Of a stretch of DNA of 64,000 nucleotides, positions 35,807 to 49,522 are shown one piece after another (position 1 is the stretch's first letter; each line of letters opens with the position of its first letter). Source of the stretch: Eledone cirrhosa (lineage: Eukaryota). The notes under the pieces are model-generated. The model was not told the origin of the DNA. It saw nothing but the letters and a program-made list of their open reading frames with translations, and searched no databases. Made by a program: the position numbers and the translations under genes. The DNA lies in the NCBI GenBank assembly GCA_964016885.1, contig OZ024746.1:26536001-26600000 (forward strand), given 5' to 3'.

Positions 35807-36415
35807 TAAAACCCAGATAGACCATAACCCACCAGAGTACTTGATATTTGGGGTAGTAGAGTGGGTGACATAAAAAGATTCAGGACCCCGACGGCTGAAC
35901 TCCGGCCGGTTCGACAGCTAGATCAAAACTAAAGCGCCAGTAGTCGTGATTAAGGAAGTGGTTTTTATACCGGCTCTCTCACATACCCACATATCTCCAG
36001 GATTCGTTTCTTGATATTGATTCAATGAAGAGACATCAGATCGTAAATTATCGCTGGGTTGATGCATTTTTGATCCTGCGGTCATGACTCCGATTATTTA
36101 CAAGAACATTCAATTTACCAATTCATTTACTTCGGCACAGGTTGAAAGAGTTGTCCCTCCGGCCCACGAAACGTACGACTCTCGTATGGCGCCATTGTAG
36201 TAACAATAAATGTAGAAGAACAGATGTAGGCTTCAATAGATTTTGCTTTTGATATTTATACGGAAATATATTTAATGAAATAAGTCGACCGAATTCAACT
36301 TAACCACAGTGACAAATACCAAAATATAGAGACTTGCAAAATTCTCATAAACATTTTCTCAAAATAAAATAGTTTCAAAGTTCAATTTACCTGCCATAGC
36401 TTCTCACACACACAC

Positions 36416-36478
<63 letters not shown>

Positions 36479-36637
36479 TGGAAAGTTATATTTAAATTGT
36501 TGGGTTACAACTACTAAATATTAATAACTGATATAAAAGCACTCGACAAGTATTTGGAGTATATTTACGATATTAAATAAATGGAAACTATATTTATAAA
36601 ACCGGTATGTCAAATCTATTTATCTATAAAACTGTTT

Positions 36638-36714
36638 ATATTGTATTTTGTCTGAGGAAGGCATAGCATATTGTTAATATGATATCCCTGAAATATATAT
36701 AATGAAATAAATAT
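36638..36714 (+). ncRNA. Hammerhead ribozyme in 5' pLTR
   Basis: Identical motif. Confidence 0.8.
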
Positions 36715-36887
36715 GGTTTTATAAATATAGTTTCCATTTATTTAATATCGTAAATATACTCCAAATACTTGTCGAGTGCTTTTATATCAGTTATTAATAT
36801 TTACTAGTTGTAACCCAACAATTTAAATATAACTTTCCATGTATCTTGCTCCAATACTGTTGAGCGCTTTATATTATAACTGAAAAG

Positions 36888-39100
36888 ATGGAATTCTTTA
36901 AGATTACTTCCTCTTTAAAAGACATACCTCTACCTAGAAACAAAGACTTTATAAAACAATTAATAGATAAATCTGACTCTTTTATAAGGAGAATCAGGTG
37001 GCGAGCATTCCACTTTGATAAATCTAATATAAATGAAAATGTCTCGGACTTAAACAAAGTTTTCAAATCTAAAAGAAATCCACCCCCTAACAAACTTTTA
37101 TCTGACTTTGAAAACGATATAATTTCTATCATACAAGGGGTCAAATTCAAGAGAAACTTCAAAGGCCAGGAATATCTGAAAGCCATTAAGGATAATATTG
37201 AGAGCTTAGAGAAAACTGAGAAGATCTTGGTGAAATCTGACAAGACCAACAACCTCTATGGAGTGCAGAAAGACATGTATAATGGCCTCATACTGAAGGA
37301 ACTGAGGAAAAAGTACAAGGTAGCAGATAAGGCCGAGCTTGAGAAAATGAATGTCGAAGCATCTTGTATAATGCACGAGTTGGAAATTGAGAACAGAACA
37401 CAACCTTTCGTGCCCAGGAAACCGAAGATCAATATGAAAGATCACAAGAGGAATTTTGAAAATGACTTGCCAGTTAGATTGATCGCACCATCAAAATCGG
37501 ACCTGGGCAAATTAAGCAAAAACATTCTTGACAGGGTGATACAGCAAATTAAGAACTTGGATTGTTTATCTAACCTGAGCTTGTGGAAGGGAACTGGAGA
37601 GGTTGTTGAGTGGTTTAAGCAAATTAAATATAACAATAATAATAAGTTTATTCAACTTGATATTGCTAACTATTATTCTTCTATTACCCCTAATCTACTA
37701 AATAAGGCACTAAATTACGCATTCAAACATACAGACCTAACTAGCAATGAAATGCATATTATATTATCGGCTAGGAAAACATTGATAGAATTTAATGACC
37801 AACTATGGACCAGAGCAGATAGAGATAGCAATTTTGACATTACTATGGGATCATCCGACTCAGCTCAGGTAACTGACCTTGTGGGCTTATTTTTAATCAA
37901 TTCGCTACATAGGAAAATACCTGGTACTACCGGAGGTTTATATAAAGATGACATGCTTTTACTTATTGATAATAATAACTCTGAACTAAATAGAAAATGT
38001 AAACAAATTACACAATTTTTTAATTACTTTAATCTTAAAATAGAAATTGAGAACAACCATAGAATAGTCAATTTCCTAGATATAACATTAAATCTCAACA
38101 CATGTCTTCACTATCCTTTTCACAAGTTGAATGAAAACTTAAACTATGTCAGCTTTAACTCTAACCACCCCAGATCTGTCAAAAACACTATAGTAAACTC
38201 TGTTCAAAAACGTATCTCTAGAATCTCGTCTAATAGAAAGATTTTCGACGAAAAAGCCCAGTACTACAATGAAGCGTTAGCTAGAGCAGGATATACTGAT
38301 AAGATTAGTTTCATAGATAATGATAGACAAACTAAACAAAATAACAACTATTTTAATTACGGCAACAACCTTAACAACTATAATAGAAAGCATTACAATA
38401 ATTCCAAGGGCCAAAAAAGAAATAGAACTAGGAACATAATTTGGTTTGCCCCCCCTTTCTCACTAAACATTAAAACCCACATCGCTAAACTATTTTTTAA
38501 AGCTCTTGATAATCGCTTCCCTAGAACACATAGGTATCACTCAATTTTCAATAGACATACTATAAAATTAACCTACTCATCCACCAAAAATTTAGCACAA
38601 AATATTAATAGAATAAATAATAGGAACTTAAAACCTAGTGATAATAGCATAAATAATATACAAGTTAACAAATGTAACTGTAGAGATAGATCTAAATGTC
38701 CGTTAAATAACAACTGCTTAGTTAAAAATATAGTATACAATTGTAATGTTAAAACTGATTCTAATTCTTTTAACTACGTCGGTTCCACATCGACGGAATT
38801 TAAACTTCGCTATAATAACCACAAGAATTCTTTCACAGATCCAAGCAAAAAATCTTCAACGGCACTATCAGGCGTACTCTGGCAACTTAAGTTAGATAAC
38901 GTTAGATATTCGACGGCTTGGAATATAGTCTCAAGAGGGATTCCTTTTAATTCATCCTTGAGACATGTGACCTCTGCGCAGAGGAGATATTCTTTATACT
39001 AAAATCTAAAAATTCCCTTAATCTACAGACAAATTTATTCAGTTGCTGCAAACATAGATTAAACTCAACTTTTAAATATAAATTTAAATTTAAAATGTAG
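36888..39100 (+). CDS. PLE RT + GIY-YIG ORF, open for 704 aa; 1-nt deletion near 38958 disrupts the EN C-terminus
   Basis: ORF 36888-39002; comparison with unit 2 restores 737 aa ending at 39100. Confidence 0.88.
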
Positions 39101-40436
39101 TATATTTAGTTTGATTTATAATTATTTGGGAAACTAGCCGATAAATCTTTCGATTTCTTCTTTTTATTCTTCTTTTTATTTTTATTTTTATTTTTATTTT
39201 TATTTAAACATTCTTCATGAAAAATTAAACTACCCTAAAAGTTGATGCTCCAAATATTTCGAATAAACGTTACACTAGATAAACTTCTATATTAAATATA
39301 AGAACACATGTAGACCAAATGGCATCCTAAACTTTTTGAAATGATTTTTGCTAGATGCGATTTGATAAATAATTTTTAGCTTTATCTGTTTTCGACTCTG
39401 ATGCTTATAATGAACTTGGCAATATATTGTCAATTAATTTTGAAGGGTTGATCTTTGTGGTTTATTTTTATTATTGTAGTATTTTCTAATATTTTTATTT
39501 TTAATATGTAATATTTTTTCGTAATATTTTTTAGTTTTCTATTTTATTATTATTTATTTATTATTATTATTATTATTATTGTTGTTGTTTTTTGGTTTTT
39601 GTTTCTGATATATTTTTTATTAATATATTGAAATCTGCTCTCTATTTCTGCATGATAGATAATCTTGTAGAGTAAAGACAAGAATAGTAGTAATATAGAC
39701 TCTATATATATATGTGTATATATATACACATATGTGTATACTTAAATTTTTATAGCACAATGAGAATGTTTTCCGTGTGAACTTAGGGTTTGCAGAGTTG
39801 ATCATGTAAATTCACATCGATGTTTGTAGTTATCATATAAACATATGAATTTTTTTAAAACTAAACATAAGATCATTACTTTTCACACATTATGGATACG
39901 TGTCTCATTCAGGAATACTGATATTTTCAATAGAGTGCCTGGTTTTTATACATATTAATACTTCTACATTAAAACATAGGGTTTTTATGCCTCGCCTATG
40001 TCTGGTTACTTTTCATTTTTCTCTCTATATAACAGCTGGTTTCTCTCCTAACCACATATATCTCCCTTACATTAATACTAGAGCTAAATAAATAAATAAA
40101 TAAATAAATGTATCATTGATACGTTTACTCAACGGATGTCCAACTACATATTTTTCTATATATATATCTATCTCTATCTATTTCCTCTCTCTATATATAT
40201 CTCTCTCTGTTTCTTTACATGAAGTTCTTCTTTTTATCTATCTTTCCATCTCTCTATTTTGTTCCATGCATTTCTTCTTTTTCTTCTTTTTCTTCGTTTT
40301 CTGTCTTTCTTTCCTTTTTTTTTTTTTTTTCTCTATTTCTTTCGCTCTGTTTACAATTTTTTCACTGCCAATTCAAATTTCAAATACAAGTCGATGTTGC
40401 ACGGTATGTCAAATCTATTTATCTATAAAACTGTTT

Positions 40437-40513
40437 ATATTGTATTTTGTCTGAGGAAGGCATAGCATATTGTTAATATGATATCCCTGAAATATATATA
40501 ATGAAATAAATAT
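40437..40513 (+). ncRNA. Hammerhead ribozyme in 3' pLTR
   Basis: Identical motif. Confidence 0.8.
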
Positions 40514-40556
40514 GGTTTTATAAATATAGTTTCCATTTATTTAATATCGTATATAT

Positions 40557-40625
<69 letters not shown>

Positions 40626-40629
40626 TATT

Positions 40630-41314
40630 TATCAGGTAAATGACCCATTCCCGATCGTGTACTTATTTAATTGTAAGATGTCTTTCTTCACATATTTTCC
40701 CATTTATCCAATGATTATTCTTCAGTATCTTCTCTTTCTTTTCTTTTAATTATTCTATTTTAACTATCTATGTGTGTTGTAGGAGAAATTTTCACAGTTG
40801 GGGAGGTGACATTCAGTGTTCTACAATCATGTAGTTGCTGCTAAATGAGAGTTTACAATATTCTTTGTTTATTTTTGTAGTAATTGGGAAATTCCTACAC
40901 TATAACCATATCTATAGTCTAATGCTCTCCATAACTGACCATCTCTTCATCAATTTAGCTATTATTTATCTTGAAATTCATTATGAAATCTGTCTATAAA
41001 TTTATTTACACAGGGGCGTATGATTTCGCGAAGATTTAGTTCCTGCTTCTGTGTAGAAATCCCCAATATACCTAATTTAAATATTTATCACTGATCCAGA
41101 ATGTAATTATTCTCTTAAAATATAATAAAATATTTCTGGTTTTAATTACTGATGAAGTTTAAATATTTCCTTGTTTAATTAATAGAATCTTTAAGCCTTT
41201 TTTTCTCCTCCAGATTGGTAATATACATTGGTTTTATACATCTCAACATGGATGACATTGATATATATTCTTTTATTTTCAGATATTCCAGTTGTTTTCA
41301 AAAGTATAAAACAA
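40630..41314 (+). pseudogene. Inverted paralog fragment (longer form), unit 3
   Basis: As unit 2. Confidence 0.85.
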
Positions 41315-43460
41315 GTAATACCCTCAGCGCCCCCAATCCTATTTCCAGAGAGACCTGCCTACACGCAAATTGTAAATAATATATAACAAATAAAATAGTT
41401 AATTTTTATATAATAAAATAATGTAATATATTCTATGTATAAATAAATATTATATATTTTATATTTTACTATATTGATATATAATATTGTTATACTTGGG
41501 GAGGGTCATATTTGTGTAATATTGCCAGAATTAATAATAGAACACACTTACTGTTGGGTTGGTTTTCGCTTTTCACTTCTGTGTCTTTTATATCGGTAAT
41601 CTAATTTATTCGGTCCTCAATGTTGCCATTCACTGCCCAACGGTCAAAAATAATACAGATACAATATAGACACAAACACATATATATAGTTTATCAAAGT
41701 TCTTTCGTTGTACATCTTTAACATCGTCAGTGGTGCTATTGTTTCCTCCCGTTACATTCTATTTTCTACGCCATCTTCATTTAGTCTGTTTATATATTTA
41801 TTTATTTGTTTATTTTATTTTGACTTCTTTGCGCATGCGTTTGCGTGTGTGTATAGTGTTTTGTTTGATGTGTGTTCGTGATTGGGTGACTGTGTATTGG
41901 TTAATGTATTCTATCTTTACTAGTGTGTGTTTATATGTGTTTGTTGTTATTGTTGTCTATGTTACCGTCGTGTTGTCTGGCATGTTCGTATAGTACTGAC
42001 CCGTTTTTTCGTCCTTTTAGTTCCCCCAGTGTTGGTCTATCCTTTCACCTGTGCTACGAGCTGTCTCTCCTATGTATGTTGCTGTCATGTTTCTGCAAGT
42101 ACCCTCTGTACATCTTATGCTATAGACTACGTTTCTAGTTTTACAATTTATCCGTATAAATTTTATATTTTATATTTTATATTTTATATCTTATATTTTA
42201 TATTTTATATTTTATATTTTATATTTAATATACTATTATATCATTTCTATCGTCCCCTTAGGCCGAAGCACCCCAGGACCTTCTCAACGCTCCCGGGGTG
42301 GGGGCGTTAGCGTCCACTTTAAGAACCTTTGGTTTATGCGGTGGCATTTTTCCTCTGGTCAGTTCCCCATAAAATAACCGTTTAGGAAGCCCTTCATCTT
42401 CCATCCTGCCCAAATAACCAGCCCAATGCATCTAGCTCATTATAATCCTTATCTCAATACTGGTGCTACCCGCTTTTCCGGTACAGCAGTATCAGATGTG
42501 TAAGAGGACCACTTGATGTTCAGTAAGCGTGGGATACAAGATAAATCACAATGAGTGGATTGATGATAATGATGTTGCAATCACCAAGCCTAGTGAAGAG
42601 AAAAATAACTTGTATTGAAGTGTCTTGTTGCAGATGGTCCAGTGATGATCACTTTTGAGAAGACCTTCAAAGAAACAAAGTCAAAACTGCCATATAAATT
42701 TCTAAGAATGAAGAATAAATTATGGTCTGAAGTTTCAGCCGAGATTCAGAAATATTATAACTGCAGAGAATTACAGCACAATAAGTTAAGCTTTTGGCTC
42801 AGCGCACTAAAACATGGCACCATTGAAGTAAAGAGATGGGAAAGCCCTCATCAAAGAGATGGACACAATGAAACTCTAGATTTTGATGGAATACCTGTTG
42901 AGCTGATCCGCTTTCGAGGTGACAATGTTGCTATGGCCATTCATAGACTAGTCTCATCAGTTTGGCATTGTGAGCCTATCCCGCAAGGCTGGGTAGATGC
43001 AATTTTGCTCTTGATTTACAATGGCAAGAGCTCCAAGTTTAAATGCGGTGGATATCGTAGTATAAGTCTGCTCGATTCGGAAGGGAATGTTGTATCCAAG
43101 GTCTTGCTGAATCGTCTAAATGGATCTGTCCTGGGGCCATCCCTGATAGCCAGGAACTAGGCGGAGTACTGTGGACAGGATTTTTGCAGTCCATCAGCTT
43201 ATGGAGTGCGTTGAGCAGCAAGTGTCACTGTACAAACTATTTGTGAACTTTATCAAAACCTTTGATACTGTTAATCGTAGTACATTGTGAATCATATTGG
43301 GGAAATTTGGATGACGTCATGAATTTGTTGGAATATGCAAAAAATTCCATCAAAATATGAAAACAAAAGTGAACTTCAACGGGACACTTTCAGAGCCAAT
43401 TTCAATGGCAAACGGTGTCTAGCAAGGTGGCATTCCTGCACCCACTCTGTTTACCATCAA

Positions 43461-44495
43461 TGACCATATCTTTCTTAATCGGGTGAAATATTCCCTGGTT
43501 ACGCGTTCCTTGTCACCGATACCATCATAGGATATATTCTCATCTATCCCTAGGTATCTGTAGCAGTTCTTGTCAGATATCGGTGAAACAATTAAGCTAT
43601 TGATAAAAATGTTGCTAGATTGGCTTGTAGTTTTTCCCCGTTTTACAATCACATATGAACATTTAGGCTAAATTCCATTCCTATATCCTTTGAGAATGCC
43701 GTAACCAGGTCAAGATTTTTCTTCATCTCATTTATCTTTTTGGCATAGAGTTTCAGGTCATCCACAAAGAAATTATCGGTTAGGTTCCTATTTCTCTCCT
43801 CCTGGGAACCAATTATGTATCCTTCACATTTCTTGAGCAGAAAGGACAAGGGGTTTAATTACAGAATAAATAGTAACACAGAGAGAATATACTCCTGTGA
43901 TATTATATTTCATCAGTGAAAATAGCATCCTTCTCCTCTGTTTTTAACTTTAGGATAGTAGCCCAAGAAGAAGATAGGTTCTCTATGGCTCTGATAATAG
44001 TATCTGGGACTATCATCCAAGAGTGGGGAACAGAACTTTCCTGTAGTCCAGCCAGACTGTAACCACATTCTTGCTAAGTTGTTGCATCTCTCATTCCAGC
44101 TGCTTGCTCATCTGTTATGATGTTATTATTGTCGCAGGGATTTTGGAGAAATAGGTTCAAGCAGGCTGCATACATTTTATACATTAGATTCTGGCATGCA
44201 ACGTGTGGGTAGTTATTTTTTTAAATTCCAAATGGGTGTCTTTGGAGACCAATATTGTTTGTGTTAATGTCAACACCCCTGGTATATGTGCATCTCCCAG
44301 GAGGGCTTTCTGGTAGAGGTTGATCATATACATCCGATAGAATGTCAGTTTTTTGTACAAGTAGCCAATAATCAAGTCTCTTCCTGCTGTTTTATTAGCT
44401 TGGAGGTTTCCTATCACAGTCTGAAGGGTATCATCATTTAATCTGTATGGATTTGTTGCAGTGTAGGGGCAGTAGTTCTTTTGCATTTATAGGTG
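43461..44495 (-). mobile_element. R4/Dong-like fragment, unit 3
   Basis: Same motifs. Confidence 0.75.
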
Positions 44496-45189
44496 GAACT
44501 AGGACCAATACAACCGAATTAAGCTGAGGTAATGGTAATTCAAACAATTTAATTTTAATGATACTTCCAAAACTGGCTCCTTGTCTCATTAGAATTAAAA
44601 CTGCTAGATCAGCAGTAGGAAATATTTTTATGCCGGTATACACACTTAGAAATTAACTGACAACAATGAAGCCACAATTTGAAAAACATATAGTCCCGCT
44701 AAAGTTCAAGCCTTTGGAAATATATAATTTCGAATGTAGTTGTTACTTTTCGTAACAATCATAATAAATTGAACAGATTAACGTTCAATATAATGAAATC
44801 ATCAAGAACGTTCTGCTTCTTTCAGTTGGCAGTAAATATTATTTTGGAAAGTTCGATATAAATATCTCAACCCTGTGTCAGAGTTTTTTCATGTTTGCCA
44901 GACCATCACCAATATTGTTATAGCGAAGTTTATTGTGAAATAAACCTTCAATCATATACTGTATATGATATACATTTCAAAGTATATTATATATATAATA
45001 TGAATACATTACACATTATAATAAATTGTAAACAAACGAAAGTAAGGTTTAAAAAAGTCAAACGTAATATAAATTCAATATCTTTAATGTTTCAATAAAA
45101 AAAATATAAATATAAAAAGTTTATATAACAAATAATTATCTAAAATATAGATATATATTTTACAGTTCCAGTTTGGTGTTATCAATAAT

Positions 45190-45374
45190 TGTTTCTACTT
45201 TAGGCACAAGGCCAGCAATTACCCAGTGCATTACTGGTACTTTATTTTATCGACCCCATAAGGATGAAAGGCAAAGTCAACCTCGGCGGGATTTGAACTC
45301 AGATCGTAAAGGGACGTAACTATGCTGGAAAGCATGGCGTCCGACCCTCTACCGATACTGCCAATCCACTGCCC
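45190..45374 (-). mobile_element. Full-length octopus-type tRNA-derived SINE with 11-bp TSD
   Basis: A-box tggcagtatcgg and B-box gagttcaaatccc on minus; TSD ttatcaataat at 45179-45189 and 45375-45385; empty site seen in the other units. Confidence 0.9.
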
Positions 45375-45657
45375 TTATCAATAATACCATTTCATTAGGA
45401 TTATAAATTTATAAATTTAAAGAAATGATACATAATATTACATAGGATATAAATGTAGAGTTCTCTGTTATATATCAAGCATTACAGAGAAATTAGATAA
45501 AATATTCATATTTTTAGAAAATATATTTACAAAATTACAACAGTATTGTTGAGAATTGAAGCTGAAACACTTCTACATATTTATAACGATACACTTGTAT
45601 CTGGGTGTCTAACTGACAGGGGTACCAAGGAATATTATAGATTGAGCATTAGATATT

Positions 45658-46785
45658 TCACATGTATGATTTAAGTATTTGTTGAATATGGTTTATATGT
45701 TCAAGAAGAGTATGTAGTGTAACCATGGTAAACCATCGATGTTCAATGATTGGAATATCTGTTGGTACAAAGAGACTCTCATTCACATCCTCATTGTTTT
45801 GGACTTTCGAAGACAACTGAAATATCTGAAAATAAAAGGATATATATCAGGTTAAAATATACTCATATAATCTTACATATATATGTATATACAGATATGC
45901 TATTAACGCTCTTACGTTAGTTTGAGCTTTATACTTTATACATGTGTATTATCAAAGAATTTGCATTACTTAAATGTTAGTAGTATAACTCCTATATAAA
46001 GTATCTACTGTAGAATCTTCATTTCATTATAGGAAATATCAAATCAATTAACAATGGATATATTATATTATCAATACTTACTGGTAAACTTAGTAGAATT
46101 TTCAGATCAAATAAGTAATAAACAGTCTGTCTTAGATAACAATAGAATATAGCATCTGATGTTCGTGTGAGTTTAGAACAAGCAGCTGGGTAGTAACACT
46201 GTGCCCCTATACGTGTGGCAGGAGCACACAGATTGTCATATTCTCTCTTCACCTGATTCTTCATCACAACAACATATTTATTAAGAGTTGTAGACATGTT
46301 GAACAGAGACATCTGTAATGAAGAATTGTGAGAAATTATATATTTCAAATCACTGTCATTTCTATAAAATGTATTATGAGTTCATGAGACAATAAACATA
46401 AGATGTTCAAAGCTAATATATTGTTTTGTCTTAATTTTATGATATTGTGCTAATGATAGAAATATATATATACAAACCTTTAATAAATCAATGTTGTTGA
46501 CGGTGATATTGTCCTGAATATTCATCTGTGGAAATTTAACATCCATATTGTGGAGTAACTTGTTTATAAATTGTGGACAGCTTTTAGCAAACAGCAATGG
46601 AGCATTATTACACTGTAGAAAAATATATAACACTTTATGAGATAGGATGGAGAGTCTGACACATGATATATAGAACACATTATTTTAATTTAAATTATAC
46701 TAATATATCTATTATAAATATTCATCTGAGTGAGAAAGTCAGAGTGATAGAGACAGAGAGAGAGAGAGACAGAGAGAGAGGGAGG

Positions 46786-46852
<67 letters not shown>

Positions 46853-47814
46853 CAATTGATAAAGATAGAAAAATAAAGAGAGAAAGAGAGAGAGCGAGAG
46901 AGAGGTAGTAAGAAAAGATTGGGAAAAGTAATGAATTCTTAACTTACATAATTAATCAAAGTATTGTTTACGGCTGCTGTGGTTCTTTTTGCTAACGTCA
47001 ATGCCGTATCTATTTCAGTTTTTATATCAGATATATCAGATAATTCAGTTGTTGTTGTTGTAGATTGTATAGGTAATCCATGGATCAATGTCATCCATGT
47101 TGAGAGACATAAAACCAATGTATATTGCCAATCTGGAGGAGAAAAAAAGGTATAAAGATTTTATTAATTAAACAAGGAAATATTTAAACTTTATCAGTAA
47201 TTAATACGAGAAATATTTTATTATATTTTAAGAGAAGAATTAGATTCTGGAACATTGATGAATATTTAAATTAGGAATATTGGGGATTTCTACACAGAAG
47301 CAGGAACTAAATCTTCGCGAAATCATACCCCACTGTGTAAACAAAATTATAGACAGATTTCATAATGAATTTCAAGATAATCAATAACTAAATTGATGAC
47401 GAGATGCTTAGTTATGGAGAGCCTTAGACTATAGTATGGTTGTAGTGTACTACAAAAATAAACAAACAATATTATAAACTCTCATTTAGCAGCAACTATA
47501 TGGTTGTAGAACACTGAATGTCACCTCCACAACTGTGAACATTCCTCCTACAACACACATAGATAGATAAAATAGAATAATTATAAGAAAAGAAAGAGAA
47601 GATACTGAAGAATAATCATTGGATAAATGGGAAAGTATGTGAAGAAAGACATCTTACGATTAAACACACAATCACATAACTGATGGGGAATGGGTCATTT
47701 ACCTGAGATATATATATATATATATATATAATTAATACATTAACAGAGAAAGCCTTAAGCGATACTCTGACCAACTCCATCTCACTCAACAAACATTAGG
47801 ATATACCTATATAA

Positions 47815-47851
<37 letters not shown>

Positions 47852-48108
47852 ACAACTCAAACAGCAATATTACAGTGACTATAACATAGAATATTCTACT
47901 TACACATGTTGATCTTTTATAAATTTGTTAGAGGAAATATAAGTTAATGTGAGACGTCAGTAAATTTGCTTGTACTCTTTTGAATACAATTAATAAATGA
48001 TAGTCAATAGAATTATAATGTGACTTTATATACTTACCAGTGAAACTTATATATTTGGAAATACCGTTGATATATATTGAAGATGGAGAATTTGAAGGTT
48101 CCCAACAT
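45658..48108 (-). pseudogene. Cytokine-like gene copy 4, frameshifted in exon 1 (exons 2-5 open)
   Basis: Exons 48108-48038 (71 nt instead of 73; one TA unit lost), 47132-46948, 46612-46478, 46312-46082, 45825-45658. Splicing creates TG|A = stop. Confidence 0.65.
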
Positions 48109-49172
48109 CCATAGTTTACTATTTAGATGAGAATAGATTTACTTTCAGTTGTAGAGACCGGCGTATCTATTTATAATCCCAATTTTAGTAGGAGAGATAA
48201 AAGTAGAGGGAGAGAAGGACGGGGTGAGAGGATGGTGAGAGAAAAAAGAGAAAGTTAAGTGAGAGAGAGAGGGGGAGAGAGAGGCGGCGGGAGAGAGTGA
48301 AAGTAATACGTAGGATGGAGGACGTGTGAATGGAGGGAGAAGAAGAGAGTAGTTAAGTGTAACAATGAATAACTATTTTTATCTTAATTTTAGGTCAAAA
48401 GTCTATTTTACTTTATTTCATTGATGGGAAACATTTATTTCGTAGAAGTGTCATTTTAAACATTTAGAATCACACACAAACACAAATCTTGGTTTTATAT
48501 ATATTATGTTTCTGTCAGAGCCAAAACTTCCAACAAAGATTTTGATGCTAAGAAGTAAATGCTATTTATGTTAAAATATTTGTGTTTTTCATATTGTAAT
48601 ATTTTCAATTTCTTCTGATAAAGAAATTCGCGTTTAATTTATTGTGTATTGTTTTGTTTGTCTGTTTGTTTTGTTGTTTTTTTTTATTTTATTTTCGATA
48701 TTCCATAACCTCCGCTGAGAAAATACCACAATTCTTGGAATATGCAACACTTTCATTATGAAACATAACACGGAAGTGTTACAATACATGTGACCTCCTA
48801 CACAGCATCACACTGTCATAGTAATAGTAAAATATATGTCAGTTTCCATAAACGCTGAAACATAACTGAAAGTAAACAATTATCATTTAGTAAATATAGA
48901 ATATTAAAGAGGTTATATTTTATATTACGTGCATGTGGTTAGAATGTCTGAAGAATGAATCAATGGACAGATTTGACGGACAAAACCAACTGGCAGGGTA
49001 TCCTGGGTGCAACCCGAGTAAGACGGTAGGGTAAAATACATGAGATCGGCTGGTCTCAATTGAGTATCCAGCCAGATCAAATATTGATTAAATAGATCAT
49101 CAATAGTTTTGGAGGATTGGGGGTCATCCTTCTCTCTCCGTATTACATGAGTTATAAATCATAGGTTTGTTA

Positions 49173-49522
49173 ATTTTCTCCAGTGTATAGGTGTGGTGAT
49201 CTTCTCCAGTGTATAGGTGTGGTGATCTTCTCCAGTCTATAGGTGTGGTGATCTTCTCCAGTCTATAGGTGTGGTGATTTTCTCCAGTCTATAGGTGTGG
49301 TGATTTTCTCCAGTCTATAGGTGTGGTGATTTTCTCCAGTCTATAGGTGTGGTGGTGATTTTCTCCAGTCTATAGGTGTGGGGATTTTCTCCAGTCTCTA
49401 GGTGTCGGGGATTTTCTCCTGTCTATAGGTGTGGTGATTTTCTCCAGTCTATAGGTGTGGTTATTTTCTCCTGTCTATAGGTATGGTGATTTTTTCCAGT
49501 CTATAGGTGTCGGGGATTTTCT
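49173..49522. repeat. 26-bp minisatellite, ~13 copies
   Basis: Same unit, shorter allele. Confidence 0.95.

Larger units (their letters stand above)
36478..40551 (+). mobile_element. Penelope-like retroelement, second copy
   Basis: pLTRs at 36603-36752 and 40402-40551; inverted 5' arm; same site as in unit 2, so duplicated with the unit. Confidence 0.92.
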
